DNA of 64,000 bases from an uncultured Acidobacteriota bacterium (lineage in GTDB: Bacteria; Acidobacteriota; UBA6911), in contig CAVZBT010000002.1 in the NCBI GenBank assembly GCA_963773605.1, positions 277,088-341,087 on the forward strand, written 5' to 3'. This document shows, in pieces, positions 45,123-53,683 of the stretch. The position numbers and the translations under genes are program-made. Every line of letters starts with the position of its first letter. The stretch's first letter is position 1. The notes under the pieces were generated by a model. It saw nothing but the letters and a program-made list of their open reading frames with translations, searched no databases and was not told where the DNA came from.

Positions 45123-47720
45123 TTACCCGGGCGGGGGCGAGCCGTCCCCGCCCAACCCGCCTTTATGCTCGTGCATGAAGCCGTGTTGGTGCAGACGGTT
45201 GTGCACCGAGCGGTATGCCGCGGTCAGGATGAGGCGCATCCGCCTGTAAGCGGCCGTCTCGGGCCGGGTCGCGAGCGTGTCGAAAAAGACGAGAGTACCT
45301 TCGATCTGCTCGAGTATGCTCACGGCGTCGGCAGCGGCGAAAAACGGCAGCCCCTCCACTTCGACCATCACCGGGGAGGAGTGTGCCGCGATGATTTCCG
45401 GCTTGTCCGGGTAGTGGCCGCGCACGAGCAGGGCCAACCAGGAACTCCGGTCGATCTTGACCTCCCAGTGGCCGCTTTCCTCGCGCGGGTTCACCTCGCG
45501 GCTTTCGCGTATCGCGCCGTTGACGACGAGCTCGACGCGGGACAGCGGGACGGTCACGCTTGCGGCACGCCATTCGACGCTCACGGTTGCGCCGGTGCGG
45601 TGGGCGCCGATCCGCGCCCCGGGAGGCTTCCCCTCGACGGAAAACTCCATCAGGGGCCCGTAGGTCACAAACGTGTTCCCGGCCCGGACCGCGTCTTTCC
45701 AGGCGTCGTAATCGAATGGCTGGTCCGAAGGGAGCAGGGCATACGTGCGGACGGCGCCCACCGCGGTCGTGGCGGCCATCTTGTCGGTGCCGCCGACGGC
45801 CGCGACGAAGTGGCCGTTGTTCAGATAGCGGTACCAGTCCGCCAGCGAATACGGATCGATGCCGCCGTGCAGGTTCTCCCACGACGTCATTTCGATGCCA
45901 TCGACGTCCCCGCTGACGATCGCGGCCGCGTGTTCCGCGCGCGGGCGCGGGAAGTGGGGGACAATGACGACGCCTCCCTGGCGGCGGCACTGGCGCGCCC
46001 ACTCCGTGAGCAGTGTTTCAATCGGGTCCCCCAGGGCGGATTCGTCCGGGCCGCCCGTGGTCATGGGGGCGATAATGCCGCCGTTATAGCCGAGCAACGA
46101 AATGTGCCCCAGCACATGCTGCCGGTTTTCCGTCCCAACCCGCACGAGGTATTCGCCGTCGCCGCCCGCCGCGCGCGACCCGTATGTGGTGCGGCCGTCG
46201 AAGTCGCCCACGTTGGTCATCAGCTCGCCCCATTGGCTGGCAAGCAGGTTGACGACGTTGACGTCCTCGGCTGCGCCTTCGAGGCGGGCGCTGGGGGGCG
46301 AAAGGAAGTGGACATGAGTGTCGGCCGTGACCCAGCCTTTCCCGCGCCAGTCCAGGACGCGGTCGAGCGTGAACACCAGCTCGGTTGTGTCCGGGCGGAC
46401 GTCGACCACACGGCGCACGGGCCGGATTTCGAATCCCTTGCTGATCTCGATGTAGACCGTCCCGGTCGGGAGATCGATGGTCGTCTCACCGGGGATGTAG
46501 GTGCAGGCGTGATCGCCGGGCACCACATAGTCGACGCTCCAGTCCTCGTACCAGAACGTGTTCGGGAGCCGGTGGCGGTCGACGGGCGCGAGGTATTCCC
46601 CGGCCTCCCCGTGGACGTGCAGCTTCACGGCCACAGGCTTTCCCGATGAGCCATCGAGCACGCGCAGCCGAACCCGCTGCGTCGCCGGCGCCACGGGCGT
46701 CAACCGGTCCGCAGTTGCCTGCTCCAGCGCGGCAACCGGGATCGTCGCCCCGCTGGGCAGGTGGAACGCGGCCTCCGGGTGGGAGGCATATTCGACGAGG
46801 ATTTCGCGCGCGGACAGTTCGGGCGTCTTGTTGTTGTACGTGCTCTCCCACGATTCGGCGGGATAAACCGCCCGCGGCCGGGCCGAGATGACCTGGCCGA
46901 GATCGAGTTGCAGGTTCGCGAGCAGCCCCATGTCCGTCAGGCTGGGGTCGAACGCCTCCTCTTCCCCCAACGCCAGCATGACCTTGCGCCGAGGCCCCCA
47001 GCGCAGCGGGTGGTTCGAGACGCTGCCGGCCGCCACCGCCGAAAGGACAACGGCGCCCGCCCCGGGTTCGATGCGGATCCCGACAATCCCTTTCCCGGGA
47101 TGGGGGTTGGGCCAGGCCCACAGCCAGTTCGTCCACTCCAGGAGGTCGGGCTGGACCACCAGCGACTGCGACCCGCCCCAGGTAACTCCCGGCCGGGGCT
47201 GTTGCGACAGGGTGCGTGCGGGGGCCGGCTTGCGGTGCGCCACCGCCTCGAAACACGGGAGTCCCCAGCCCTGGCATACGACGCCGATCTGGCGCTGACG
47301 CCGGATTGGGACGCGGGCTGCGCTACCGTCATCGTACAGGAACACGTAATCGGCGACCTGCTCCGCCAACGATGCCGGACCCCGGGAGGACTTGACGAGC
47401 CCATGGCGGTCGAGCTCGGGTTCCACGATGTCGGTCGTGTGCATGAGCACGAGCCAGCCGGCCAGGACGCGCGGCCATTCCAGTTCGACGGCCTTGTCCT
47501 GTACCAGGACCACCCTGTCGATCCGGAAAGGAATGCCCCATCCGACGCACTCCCCGGAAGGCGCGAACCCCACCCGCTCCCGGAGCACCCGGGAGAGGTT
47601 GGACGAAACCAGACCGGCCAGGTCGATGGTTCCCCTCAGCGGGACAGGTGCAAAGGCAGCAGAGGCGGGCCCGTCGACCACACGCGTGTGACCTGGCCTT
47701 GTCGGCTCAGCATCTCCCAT
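45123..47720 (-). CDS. Large CehA/McbA-family metallohydrolase
   Basis: WVTADTHVH, GTENRQHVLGH, WYRYLNNG, GGTDKM, TFVTYGP, AHSSPV. Confidence 0.78.
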   Translation of the reverse strand: MGDAEPTRPGHTRVVDGPASAAFAPVPLRGTIDLAGLVSSNLSRVLRERVGFAPSGECVGWGIPFRIDRVVLVQDKAVELEWPRVLAGWLVLMHTTDIVEPELDRHGLVKSSRGPASLAEQVADYVFLYDDGSAARVPIRRQRQIGVVCQGWGLPCFEAVAHRKPAPARTLSQQPRPGVTWGGSQSLVVQPDLLEWTNWLWAWPNPHPGKGIVGIRIEPGAGAVVLSAVAAGSVSNHPLRWGPRRKVMLALGEEEAFDPSLTDMGLLANLQLDLGQVISARPRAVYPAESWESTYNNKTPELSAREILVEYASHPEAAFHLPSGATIPVAALEQATADRLTPVAPATQRVRLRVLDGSSGKPVAVKLHVHGEAGEYLAPVDRHRLPNTFWYEDWSVDYVVPGDHACTYIPGETTIDLPTGTVYIEISKGFEIRPVRRVVDVRPDTTELVFTLDRVLDWRGKGWVTADTHVHFLSPPSARLEGAAEDVNVVNLLASQWGELMTNVGDFDGRTTYGSRAAGGDGEYLVRVGTENRQHVLGHISLLGYNGGIIAPMTTGGPDESALGDPIETLLTEWARQCRRQGGVVIVPHFPRPRAEHAAAIVSGDVDGIEMTSWENLHGGIDPYSLADWYRYLNNGHFVAAVGGTDKMAATTAVGAVRTYALLPSDQPFDYDAWKDAVRAGNTFVTYGPLMEFSVEGKPPGARIGAHRTGATVSVEWRAASVTVPLSRVELVVNGAIRESREVNPREESGHWEVKIDRSSWLALLVRGHYPDKPEIIAAHSSPVMVEVEGLPFFAAADAVSILEQIEGTLVFFDTLATRPETAAYRRMRLILTAAYRSVHNRLHQHGFMHEHKGGLGGDGSPPPG

Positions 47721-47733
47721 AGCGCCGCTCCCA

Positions 47734-47860
47734 TTGGGCTGCGGCGGCCCGACGCGGCCCTCGGACTGTGCTCAATCCGCGGGGTCTCATCGCCGCCAGG
47801 TGGTGGCTCAGCGGGGCGGGGTCGAGCCGCCCCCGCTCACCCCCGCCCGCTCCGACCCGC
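47734..47860. repeat. Degenerate REP-like family B hairpins
   Basis: GGGCTGCGGCGGCCCGACGCGGCCC and GGGGCGGGGTCGAGCCGCCCCCGC; similar motif at 53631-53659. Confidence 0.5.
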
Positions 47861-47862
47861 CT

Positions 47863-49350
47863 TTACCGGGGCTCCTTGTCCTCGGCAGGGGCAGGGTGCA
47901 CGAGGCCCCCGTAAGTCTCGTTGCGGCGCTCCTGGGGGTAGAGGTTCTTCCACTCTCCGTAGCTGCCGACGGACAGCCAGCGTTCGAACGTGCGCGCATC
48001 CAGGTTGATATCGGCGGTGACGAGCCCTTCCTCCCATGCGGTGTCGGCCAGGATACGGCCATCCGGGTTGACGATGAGGCTCCGTCGGTTGCTGTAGATC
48101 GACGCGACCAGAAACACCGCGTTATCGATGGCGCGGGCGCGCGCGACCACGTCCCAGGCATAGTCCTGGTTCCGCAGGTCCCCCCAGATCGGCAACAGTA
48201 TGATCTCGGCCCCGTTCAGCGCCAGGTTGCGGGCCACCTCGGGGAAGAAGTTGTCGTAACAGATCTCGATCCCGACGGTCCCGAAGTCCGTCTTGAAGAC
48301 CGGATAGGTGGAGCCCGGGGTGAGGCCCGCGGTGACTTCCGTCTCGGGCAGGTGGGTCTTTCGGTACTTGCCGGCCACTCTCCCTTCGCGGTCGATCAGG
48401 AGGGCGGTATTGTAGATCAGCGGGCCCTCACGCTCATAGATGCCGGCGACGACATACATCCGCGATTTGCGAGCCGCTTCCCCCAACGCCTGGCTCGTGG
48501 GCCCGGGAACGGTCTCGGCGACCTCGGCATAGTTCTTTCCGGTCGACACGACCGTGATCCCTTCGCCGAGGCAGAGCAAGTCCACGCCCAGTTTGCCGGC
48601 CGCCGCGATCTTCTCGGCGTAGAAGATGCGGTTTTTTTCCGGCGTCGACCGCCCGGGCGGCTGATAGCTGACCGTACCGACTTTGATGCGGCGCGGCGCC
48701 GGCGCGGGCACCTCTTCGACGCTCACGTCGTCCCACCAGACGGTGCCGCCGGGCGTCCACTGCAGCGCGAGCTGAAGGCTCATGCCGCGCGCGGGTTGCG
48801 GCGCGGCCATCACCTGCTCGGCCCGGTACCAGTCGCCTTCCTTGACGAAACGCGAGAGGAGCTGCGTGAAGACTTCGTGATCCTCGCCGTCAAGCCAACT
48901 CACGCGGATCCAGACGCTCCGGGAGGGCAATTCAATCCCCTGCGTCTTGAAGAAGCAAGCCACCCGGTAATGCCTCTCGCTCAAAAAGTCATTGCCCCTG
49001 ACCGTGAGCTGGGTCATCCCGAAGTCGCTGGACGCAGCCCCCTGTTGGATGCCCTTCACCGTTGTCGTCCAGTAGCCAAGGGTCCCGGGACTCCCTTTGG
49101 CGACCGTTTTGGCCGAGGAACGGCCCGAATGCGAAACCGTCGCATCGATCGAGAATGCCGGCGCCACCTCCGGGCGGGCCGCGGCCGTGCTCCACGCCGC
49201 GGCCAGGCTGCCGGCCCCGCCGGCCGTCTCAAACCCCGGGTTGTCGACCAGGTTGCGGCGCGACTGCTGCAAAGCGGCTGCGCCTTGCACGCCGATCAAT
49301 GCCATCCAGACGGGCAGTTGCAGAACGAGTGACTTATGCATGGAATTCAC
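47863..49350 (-). CDS. Secreted carbon-nitrogen hydrolase with N-terminal CBM-like domain
   Basis: Signal peptide, NLVDNPGFE...WWDDVSVEE (CBM4/9-like), LCLGEG, YRKTHL, ICYD. Confidence 0.82.
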   Translation of the reverse strand: MNSMHKSLVLQLPVWMALIGVQGAAALQQSRRNLVDNPGFETAGGAGSLAAAWSTAAARPEVAPAFSIDATVSHSGRSSAKTVAKGSPGTLGYWTTTVKGIQQGAASSDFGMTQLTVRGNDFLSERHYRVACFFKTQGIELPSRSVWIRVSWLDGEDHEVFTQLLSRFVKEGDWYRAEQVMAAPQPARGMSLQLALQWTPGGTVWWDDVSVEEVPAPAPRRIKVGTVSYQPPGRSTPEKNRIFYAEKIAAAGKLGVDLLCLGEGITVVSTGKNYAEVAETVPGPTSQALGEAARKSRMYVVAGIYEREGPLIYNTALLIDREGRVAGKYRKTHLPETEVTAGLTPGSTYPVFKTDFGTVGIEICYDNFFPEVARNLALNGAEIILLPIWGDLRNQDYAWDVVARARAIDNAVFLVASIYSNRRSLIVNPDGRILADTAWEEGLVTADINLDARTFERWLSVGSYGEWKNLYPQERRNETYGGLVHPAPAEDKEPR

Positions 49351-49439
49351 CTCGTGACGCCCCGAGTTGTATCGCGGGAGTGAGATGGCTCAAAGCAAAT
49401 TCGGCCGTCGCGATCAGGGGCGAAACGCTCCTGATCAAT

Positions 49440-49447
49440 ATTATAAT
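49440..49447. promoter_or_regulatory. Palindromic ATTATAAT giving TATAAT on both strands between divergent genes
   Basis: Lies between the starts at 49350 (-) and 49478 (+). Confidence 0.45.
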
Positions 49448-49477
49448 GCCGCCACCGTGAAAGAGACCGAGCCGGAG

Positions 49478-50764
49478 ATGACGAGTGAGCTCGCGGGCGC
49501 GCGACGGGCAGCCCCGGCGAGAGGGTGGGCTTTCCCGCTCCTGCTTGCCGGCCTGATTCTGGTCGCCTATGCACCGGCGTTCAACAACGGCTTCATCTCG
49601 GACGACTACGTCATACTCGGCCGGCTCGAGGACCTCAAGCGGGACCCGCTTTACCTGTTCTCCATACCCCCCGAGACATTCAGGGCCACCTGCTATGCCT
49701 GTTTTGCACTCCTCAAAACACTGGCCGGGTACCGGCCGGAGGTCTTCTACGCTTTCACCACCGCCTTGCACCTGGCGAACGCATTCATGATGTGGAAGCT
49801 GCTGGGCCGGCTCGACGCCGGCCGGCAGGCCGCCGCCCTCGGCGCCGTGCTGTTTGCCGTTTATCAGAACCCACAGGAAGGGGTGATGTGGCTCGCCGGC
49901 ATGAACGAGGCGCTGATGACGGCAAGCGTCCTTGGAGCGCTGCTGGCGTGGTCAAGGGGACGGTACGTTTGGTTCACTTTGCTGTGCGCAGCGGCCCTCT
50001 TCAGCAAGGAGTCGGGATTGGTACTGCTGTTCCTGGTGCCACTCGCGGATTACGCCTCCTCGGGCAGCCTGCGCTTTCGCAAGGAGTATCTGTTGCTGGC
50101 CATCCCGGTCATTCCGTTTGCCGCCGTCTACATCGCGACCGGAACAGCGAATGCGCTTTTGAGCCACCGGCTCTACGAGGTGCATGCCCGGGCGGTCTGG
50201 GTGTTGATCAACAGCTGCCACCGCATGCTCTTCCCCTGGGGCTACCTGGCCTTCCTGGTTGCCCTGGCCCAGGGCGCGCGGGAGGGGTTCAGGGGATCGA
50301 TTGTGCCTGGGGCCTGGGTTGCCCTCTGCCTGCTCCCGTACGTTTTTCTCACCTATCAAACGCACGTCCCCAGCAGAAACCAGTACCTGGCTGCCGTAGG
50401 CCTCGCCTGGCTTGTGGCATCGCTGATCAGCGCGGGTGCCGGGGCCCGGTGGAGAGCGGCGTACGTGACCGCTTTCGTGTGTGTCAATATCGCCTACCTG
50501 TGGCTTGTCAAGGACCCCCAATACGTCGCCAGGGCCGCGCCGACCGTCGAGCTGGTGGCGCAGTTGCGCAGCCTGGAGCCGCAACCCGTGCTGGTCTTGC
50601 ATTTCCCGGAAAATCCCTGGATAGGCGCAAACACCGCACTCACCGTCCCCGGCTGGCAGCCTTCATTAATTCACGTAAACGAGCCTGCAGGAGCCTGCCC
50701 TTCCTGCCCGCAGCTCATTTGGGACCCGGATACCCGTCGCTACCTGTCCCCGGCCCGAAGATAG
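49478..50764 (+). CDS. GT-C fold membrane glycosyltransferase (TMTC/ArnT-like)
   Basis: FISDDY after TM1, LHLAN, EGVMW, FSKESG, multiple TM segments. Confidence 0.7.
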   Translation: MTSELAGARRAAPARGWAFPLLLAGLILVAYAPAFNNGFISDDYVILGRLEDLKRDPLYLFSIPPETFRATCYACFALLKTLAGYRPEVFYAFTTALHLANAFMMWKLLGRLDAGRQAAALGAVLFAVYQNPQEGVMWLAGMNEALMTASVLGALLAWSRGRYVWFTLLCAAALFSKESGLVLLFLVPLADYASSGSLRFRKEYLLLAIPVIPFAAVYIATGTANALLSHRLYEVHARAVWVLINSCHRMLFPWGYLAFLVALAQGAREGFRGSIVPGAWVALCLLPYVFLTYQTHVPSRNQYLAAVGLAWLVASLISAGAGARWRAAYVTAFVCVNIAYLWLVKDPQYVARAAPTVELVAQLRSLEPQPVLVLHFPENPWIGANTALTVPGWQPSLIHVNEPAGACPSCPQLIWDPDTRRYLSPARR

Positions 50765-50822
50765 ATGGGCGAGGTAACTGTGAGGCCGGGGGGGGCCGGC
50801 TCGCCCACCCAAGCGGTTGTCA

Positions 50823-51758
50823 TTAAATGGTCGCGAGGAAGGCGCAGGCTGCGATACAGGCTCCCACGACCCAGCTGGGCGGGTCCTTTACGACAAACAC
50901 GAGCGGATCGCTGTCGATTTCGCGGTGCTCGCCGAGCATCCACAGCCGCGTATGCCAGTAGATCAGCAGCGGGCCGATCGCCCACAACCACTGCGGGTGG
51001 CGGTAGAGGCTGACCGCCTCGCGGCTGTTCGCGATGTAGAGGAAGAAAATGACGACGCTCATGTAAGCGCTGGCAATGCCGGATATCCGGATGACCTGGA
51101 TATCCTCGGCGCGGTAGTTTCTTCCCGGGAGCGACCCGCCGGGGGCCGCCTGCCAGTCCCGGAGTTCGACGTAGCGTTTGACGAACGCGATCCCCAGGAA
51201 GAAAAAGCTCGAAAATGCCAGAAGCCACTGCGATATCGCCACCCCGGCCGCAACCCCTCCCATGAAAATGCGGAACGCGTACAGCCCGGACAGGGCGAGA
51301 ACGTCGAGCAGGGGGATGCGTTTGATGCGCAGCGAGTAGGCGAGAGAGAACGCGAGGTAGAGCAGGAGCGCCACCGTGAAGGTGTGGCCGAGCAGTACGG
51401 CACCGGCCAGAATCGACACGGCCAGCAGAGCCACCGCGAGCGCCCACGCGCAGGGAACCCGGATCTCCCCCCGCGCGATGGGGCGGTTGCGCTTCACCGG
51501 GTGCCGGCGGTCGGATTCGACATCGAGGAGATCGTTGACGATGTATGCGGCCGAAGCGCACAGGCTCAGCGCCCCGAATGCCGCCAGGAGCTTCCCGTAG
51601 AGCAGCACATTGTCGAACTCGTGCGCGAGCAGAAGCGGCGCGAACAGCAGCAGGTTTTTTACCCAGTGCAGGGGGCGCAGCGCCGCGAGATACGCCGGAA
51701 AGAGCCCGCCTGGCCTGCGGGCCTGGCGCCTGTTCTCCGAGGCTCCGCATTCTGTCAC
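50823..51758 (-). CDS. UbiA-family prenyltransferase, decaprenyl-phosphate phosphoribosyltransferase-like
   Basis: LRPLHWVKNLL, YIVNDLLDVESDRRHPVKRNRPIARG, KRYVE, SDPLVF..KD. GTGA overlap with the upstream gene. Confidence 0.85.
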   Translation of the reverse strand: MTECGASENRRQARRPGGLFPAYLAALRPLHWVKNLLLFAPLLLAHEFDNVLLYGKLLAAFGALSLCASAAYIVNDLLDVESDRRHPVKRNRPIARGEIRVPCAWALAVALLAVSILAGAVLLGHTFTVALLLYLAFSLAYSLRIKRIPLLDVLALSGLYAFRIFMGGVAAGVAISQWLLAFSSFFFLGIAFVKRYVELRDWQAAPGGSLPGRNYRAEDIQVIRISGIASAYMSVVIFFLYIANSREAVSLYRHPQWLWAIGPLLIYWHTRLWMLGEHREIDSDPLVFVVKDPPSWVVGACIAACAFLATI

Positions 51759-53039
51759 CCGTGCCGCGGATGGTGGTGCGGCGCCGTAAACTCGGGGGCC
51801 CGGACGACGCTGGCGCCAAGGACCCGGACAGCCTGGCCGATCAGGTGCAGCGTCCTGGTGCGGTGACGGGGCGACACCGCGCCCACGGAAGCCCAACCGG
51901 CCGCTTCGAGTTCCTGCGGCGGCAAGGCCAGAGACTCCCAATTGGCAAAGAGTCTGCCCCACTCGCTGCCGAGCGCCTCTTCGACTCTCCGGCGGTGCAG
52001 CGGGTACCAGAACAGGTCGTGATAGATAACGCTGGCGATGTACGACCAGGGGGCAAGAACGGTCTTCAGCGACCATTCCAGCGGTCGTTTGAACGCCCCC
52101 CAGTAGATTTTGTGCTGCATGCGGCTGGCAAAGGTCATCTTCCGGAATGGGCCTTCGAAATGCCAGTTCTCCTGCGCCGCACTGCTGTCGCCGACCAGCT
52201 CCAACTCCGTCGGGTCGCCGCATCCCAGCCCGGCGTCGTGCGCCAGGCGGATGAACCGGATCTTCATCGGGTCAAAGCCCATCAATTTGGCCGCGACGGC
52301 GTCGATCGCCACCTGGTCCGCAGAGGCCAGCAGAACATTCTTGACATGAGGGATCATGCAGCGCGGCCCCGGCCCGTCCCCCGCGAAACGTGCCGTCCAT
52401 GACGGCAAATATCCCGGGATGGATCTGCTGCTGAATCCTCAGCAGATCGACCAGGGTCTCGTGAATCACCGGGTGAGTCCAGTGCCGCCGTTCGTTCAGC
52501 AGCCCGCCAAAGGCGTTTTTCATCGCACCGGTGATGGTCGTGAACACATGGGTCTTCACCGTGGGCAGGTGAATGATGTTTTCACCGATAAGGCGTCGCG
52601 GGATGGAAAACCCCTTCGGGTACACGTCGTTCAGGCAGAGGAACTGTTTCGCGAGATCGCCGACGGCGTCCCTGATCGCGACCCACTCGGGCTCTTCGTA
52701 CAGATGCACATTGCGCAGGCCGTGTGCCTGCAGAACGTTGATCTGCTTGTTCTCCCTCTCGCCCAGGTGTGTGTCGATGACAACGGTGCGGTTGTGGCAG
52801 CCGTGGATGCGGGCTTTGTCGTACCCGTCCCTGATCATCGCGCGGACCACACCCTCAAGCTGCCACGGCGTCGTCGAACAGGCGGGGTAAAAGAAGTGCC
52901 AGCTGACATTGATCTTGAGCGCGGTGTCGGCGCATTTGGAGATCGTCTCCTGGTAGCCGGCGAGGTTCATCAGCCGGTGATAATCCGCGAGCACCGTGCG
53001 CGGCTGGGTGCGCACGATGGCGACCTTCGACCTCTTCAT
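51755..53039 (-). pseudogene. DUF362-family protein split by one extra base (probable sequencing error)
   Basis: ORFs 52272-53039 and 51755-52408 join as VMDGTFAGDGPGPR if one A is removed from AAA at 52386-52388. Motifs LKIN, PTVKTH, TGAMKN.FG, DQVAIDAV. Confidence 0.8.
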
Positions 53040-53092
53040 ATTCCGATCTTAACATGCGCTGTGAGATTCCGTGTGCCGGTGCTCAGGGCTTT

Positions 53093-53347
53093 TGGAGTGC
53101 GGCGGCTCGATGCCGCTTTGGGGTCGGCGCCTGGGCGCCGTCCTTTCGACCGTGTCAGGTGAGCCGCCGCACTCCAGCTTGCACTGTGTCACTACCGCAA
53201 TCCCGGCGGTGAAGGGCGGCGCCGAGCCGCCGCACTCCAAATTGCGCTGTTTCACTAAGGCTCCCTTAGCGCCGCAGAACTTTCGTGCCGAGAAAACACG
53301 GCTCGCGTGTAGATGCGCCTGGAGTGCGGGTCTCGGCGCCGCTTTCC
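53093..53347. repeat. REP-like family A cluster
   Basis: TGGAGTGCGGCGGCTCGATGCCGCTTTGGGGTCGGCGCCTGGGCGCCG, two CCGCACTCCA ends, and a further TGGAGTGCGG near 53320. Confidence 0.85.
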
Positions 53348-53464
53348 GCGGTTGCACAGGCGTGGCCGCAGGGTAGCGTCGGGCCGCCTCATCCACCCCT
53401 CAGACCCTGGCCTTCACATTTGTGCCGGGAGCCTGTCAAAAAGCGCCTTCGACCGAATCCGGTC

Positions 53465-53473
53465 TGCTATAAT
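53465..53473 (+). promoter_or_regulatory. Extended -10 promoter (TGCTATAAT) upstream of the TPR/VWA genes
   Basis: Perfect TGn-TATAAT consensus in GC-rich intergenic DNA. Confidence 0.5.
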
Positions 53474-53683
53474 CCCACCAACGGGTGGTGCAGTCGGGCG
53501 TCCTCCAGTCGTTTCCCAGGCCCGACATCTTCGTCAAAAATCGGATGCACAGAGGCCGCGGCAGCTCGACGCCGCCCGAGGATTTTGCCGCCCGGCGGTT
53601 TGCTCGATTCCCCCCGCTTGTATCTCTCATCGGGGCGCGGTCGAGCCGCCCCCGCCCACTCGGGCCTCCTCGAAGGAGACTGC

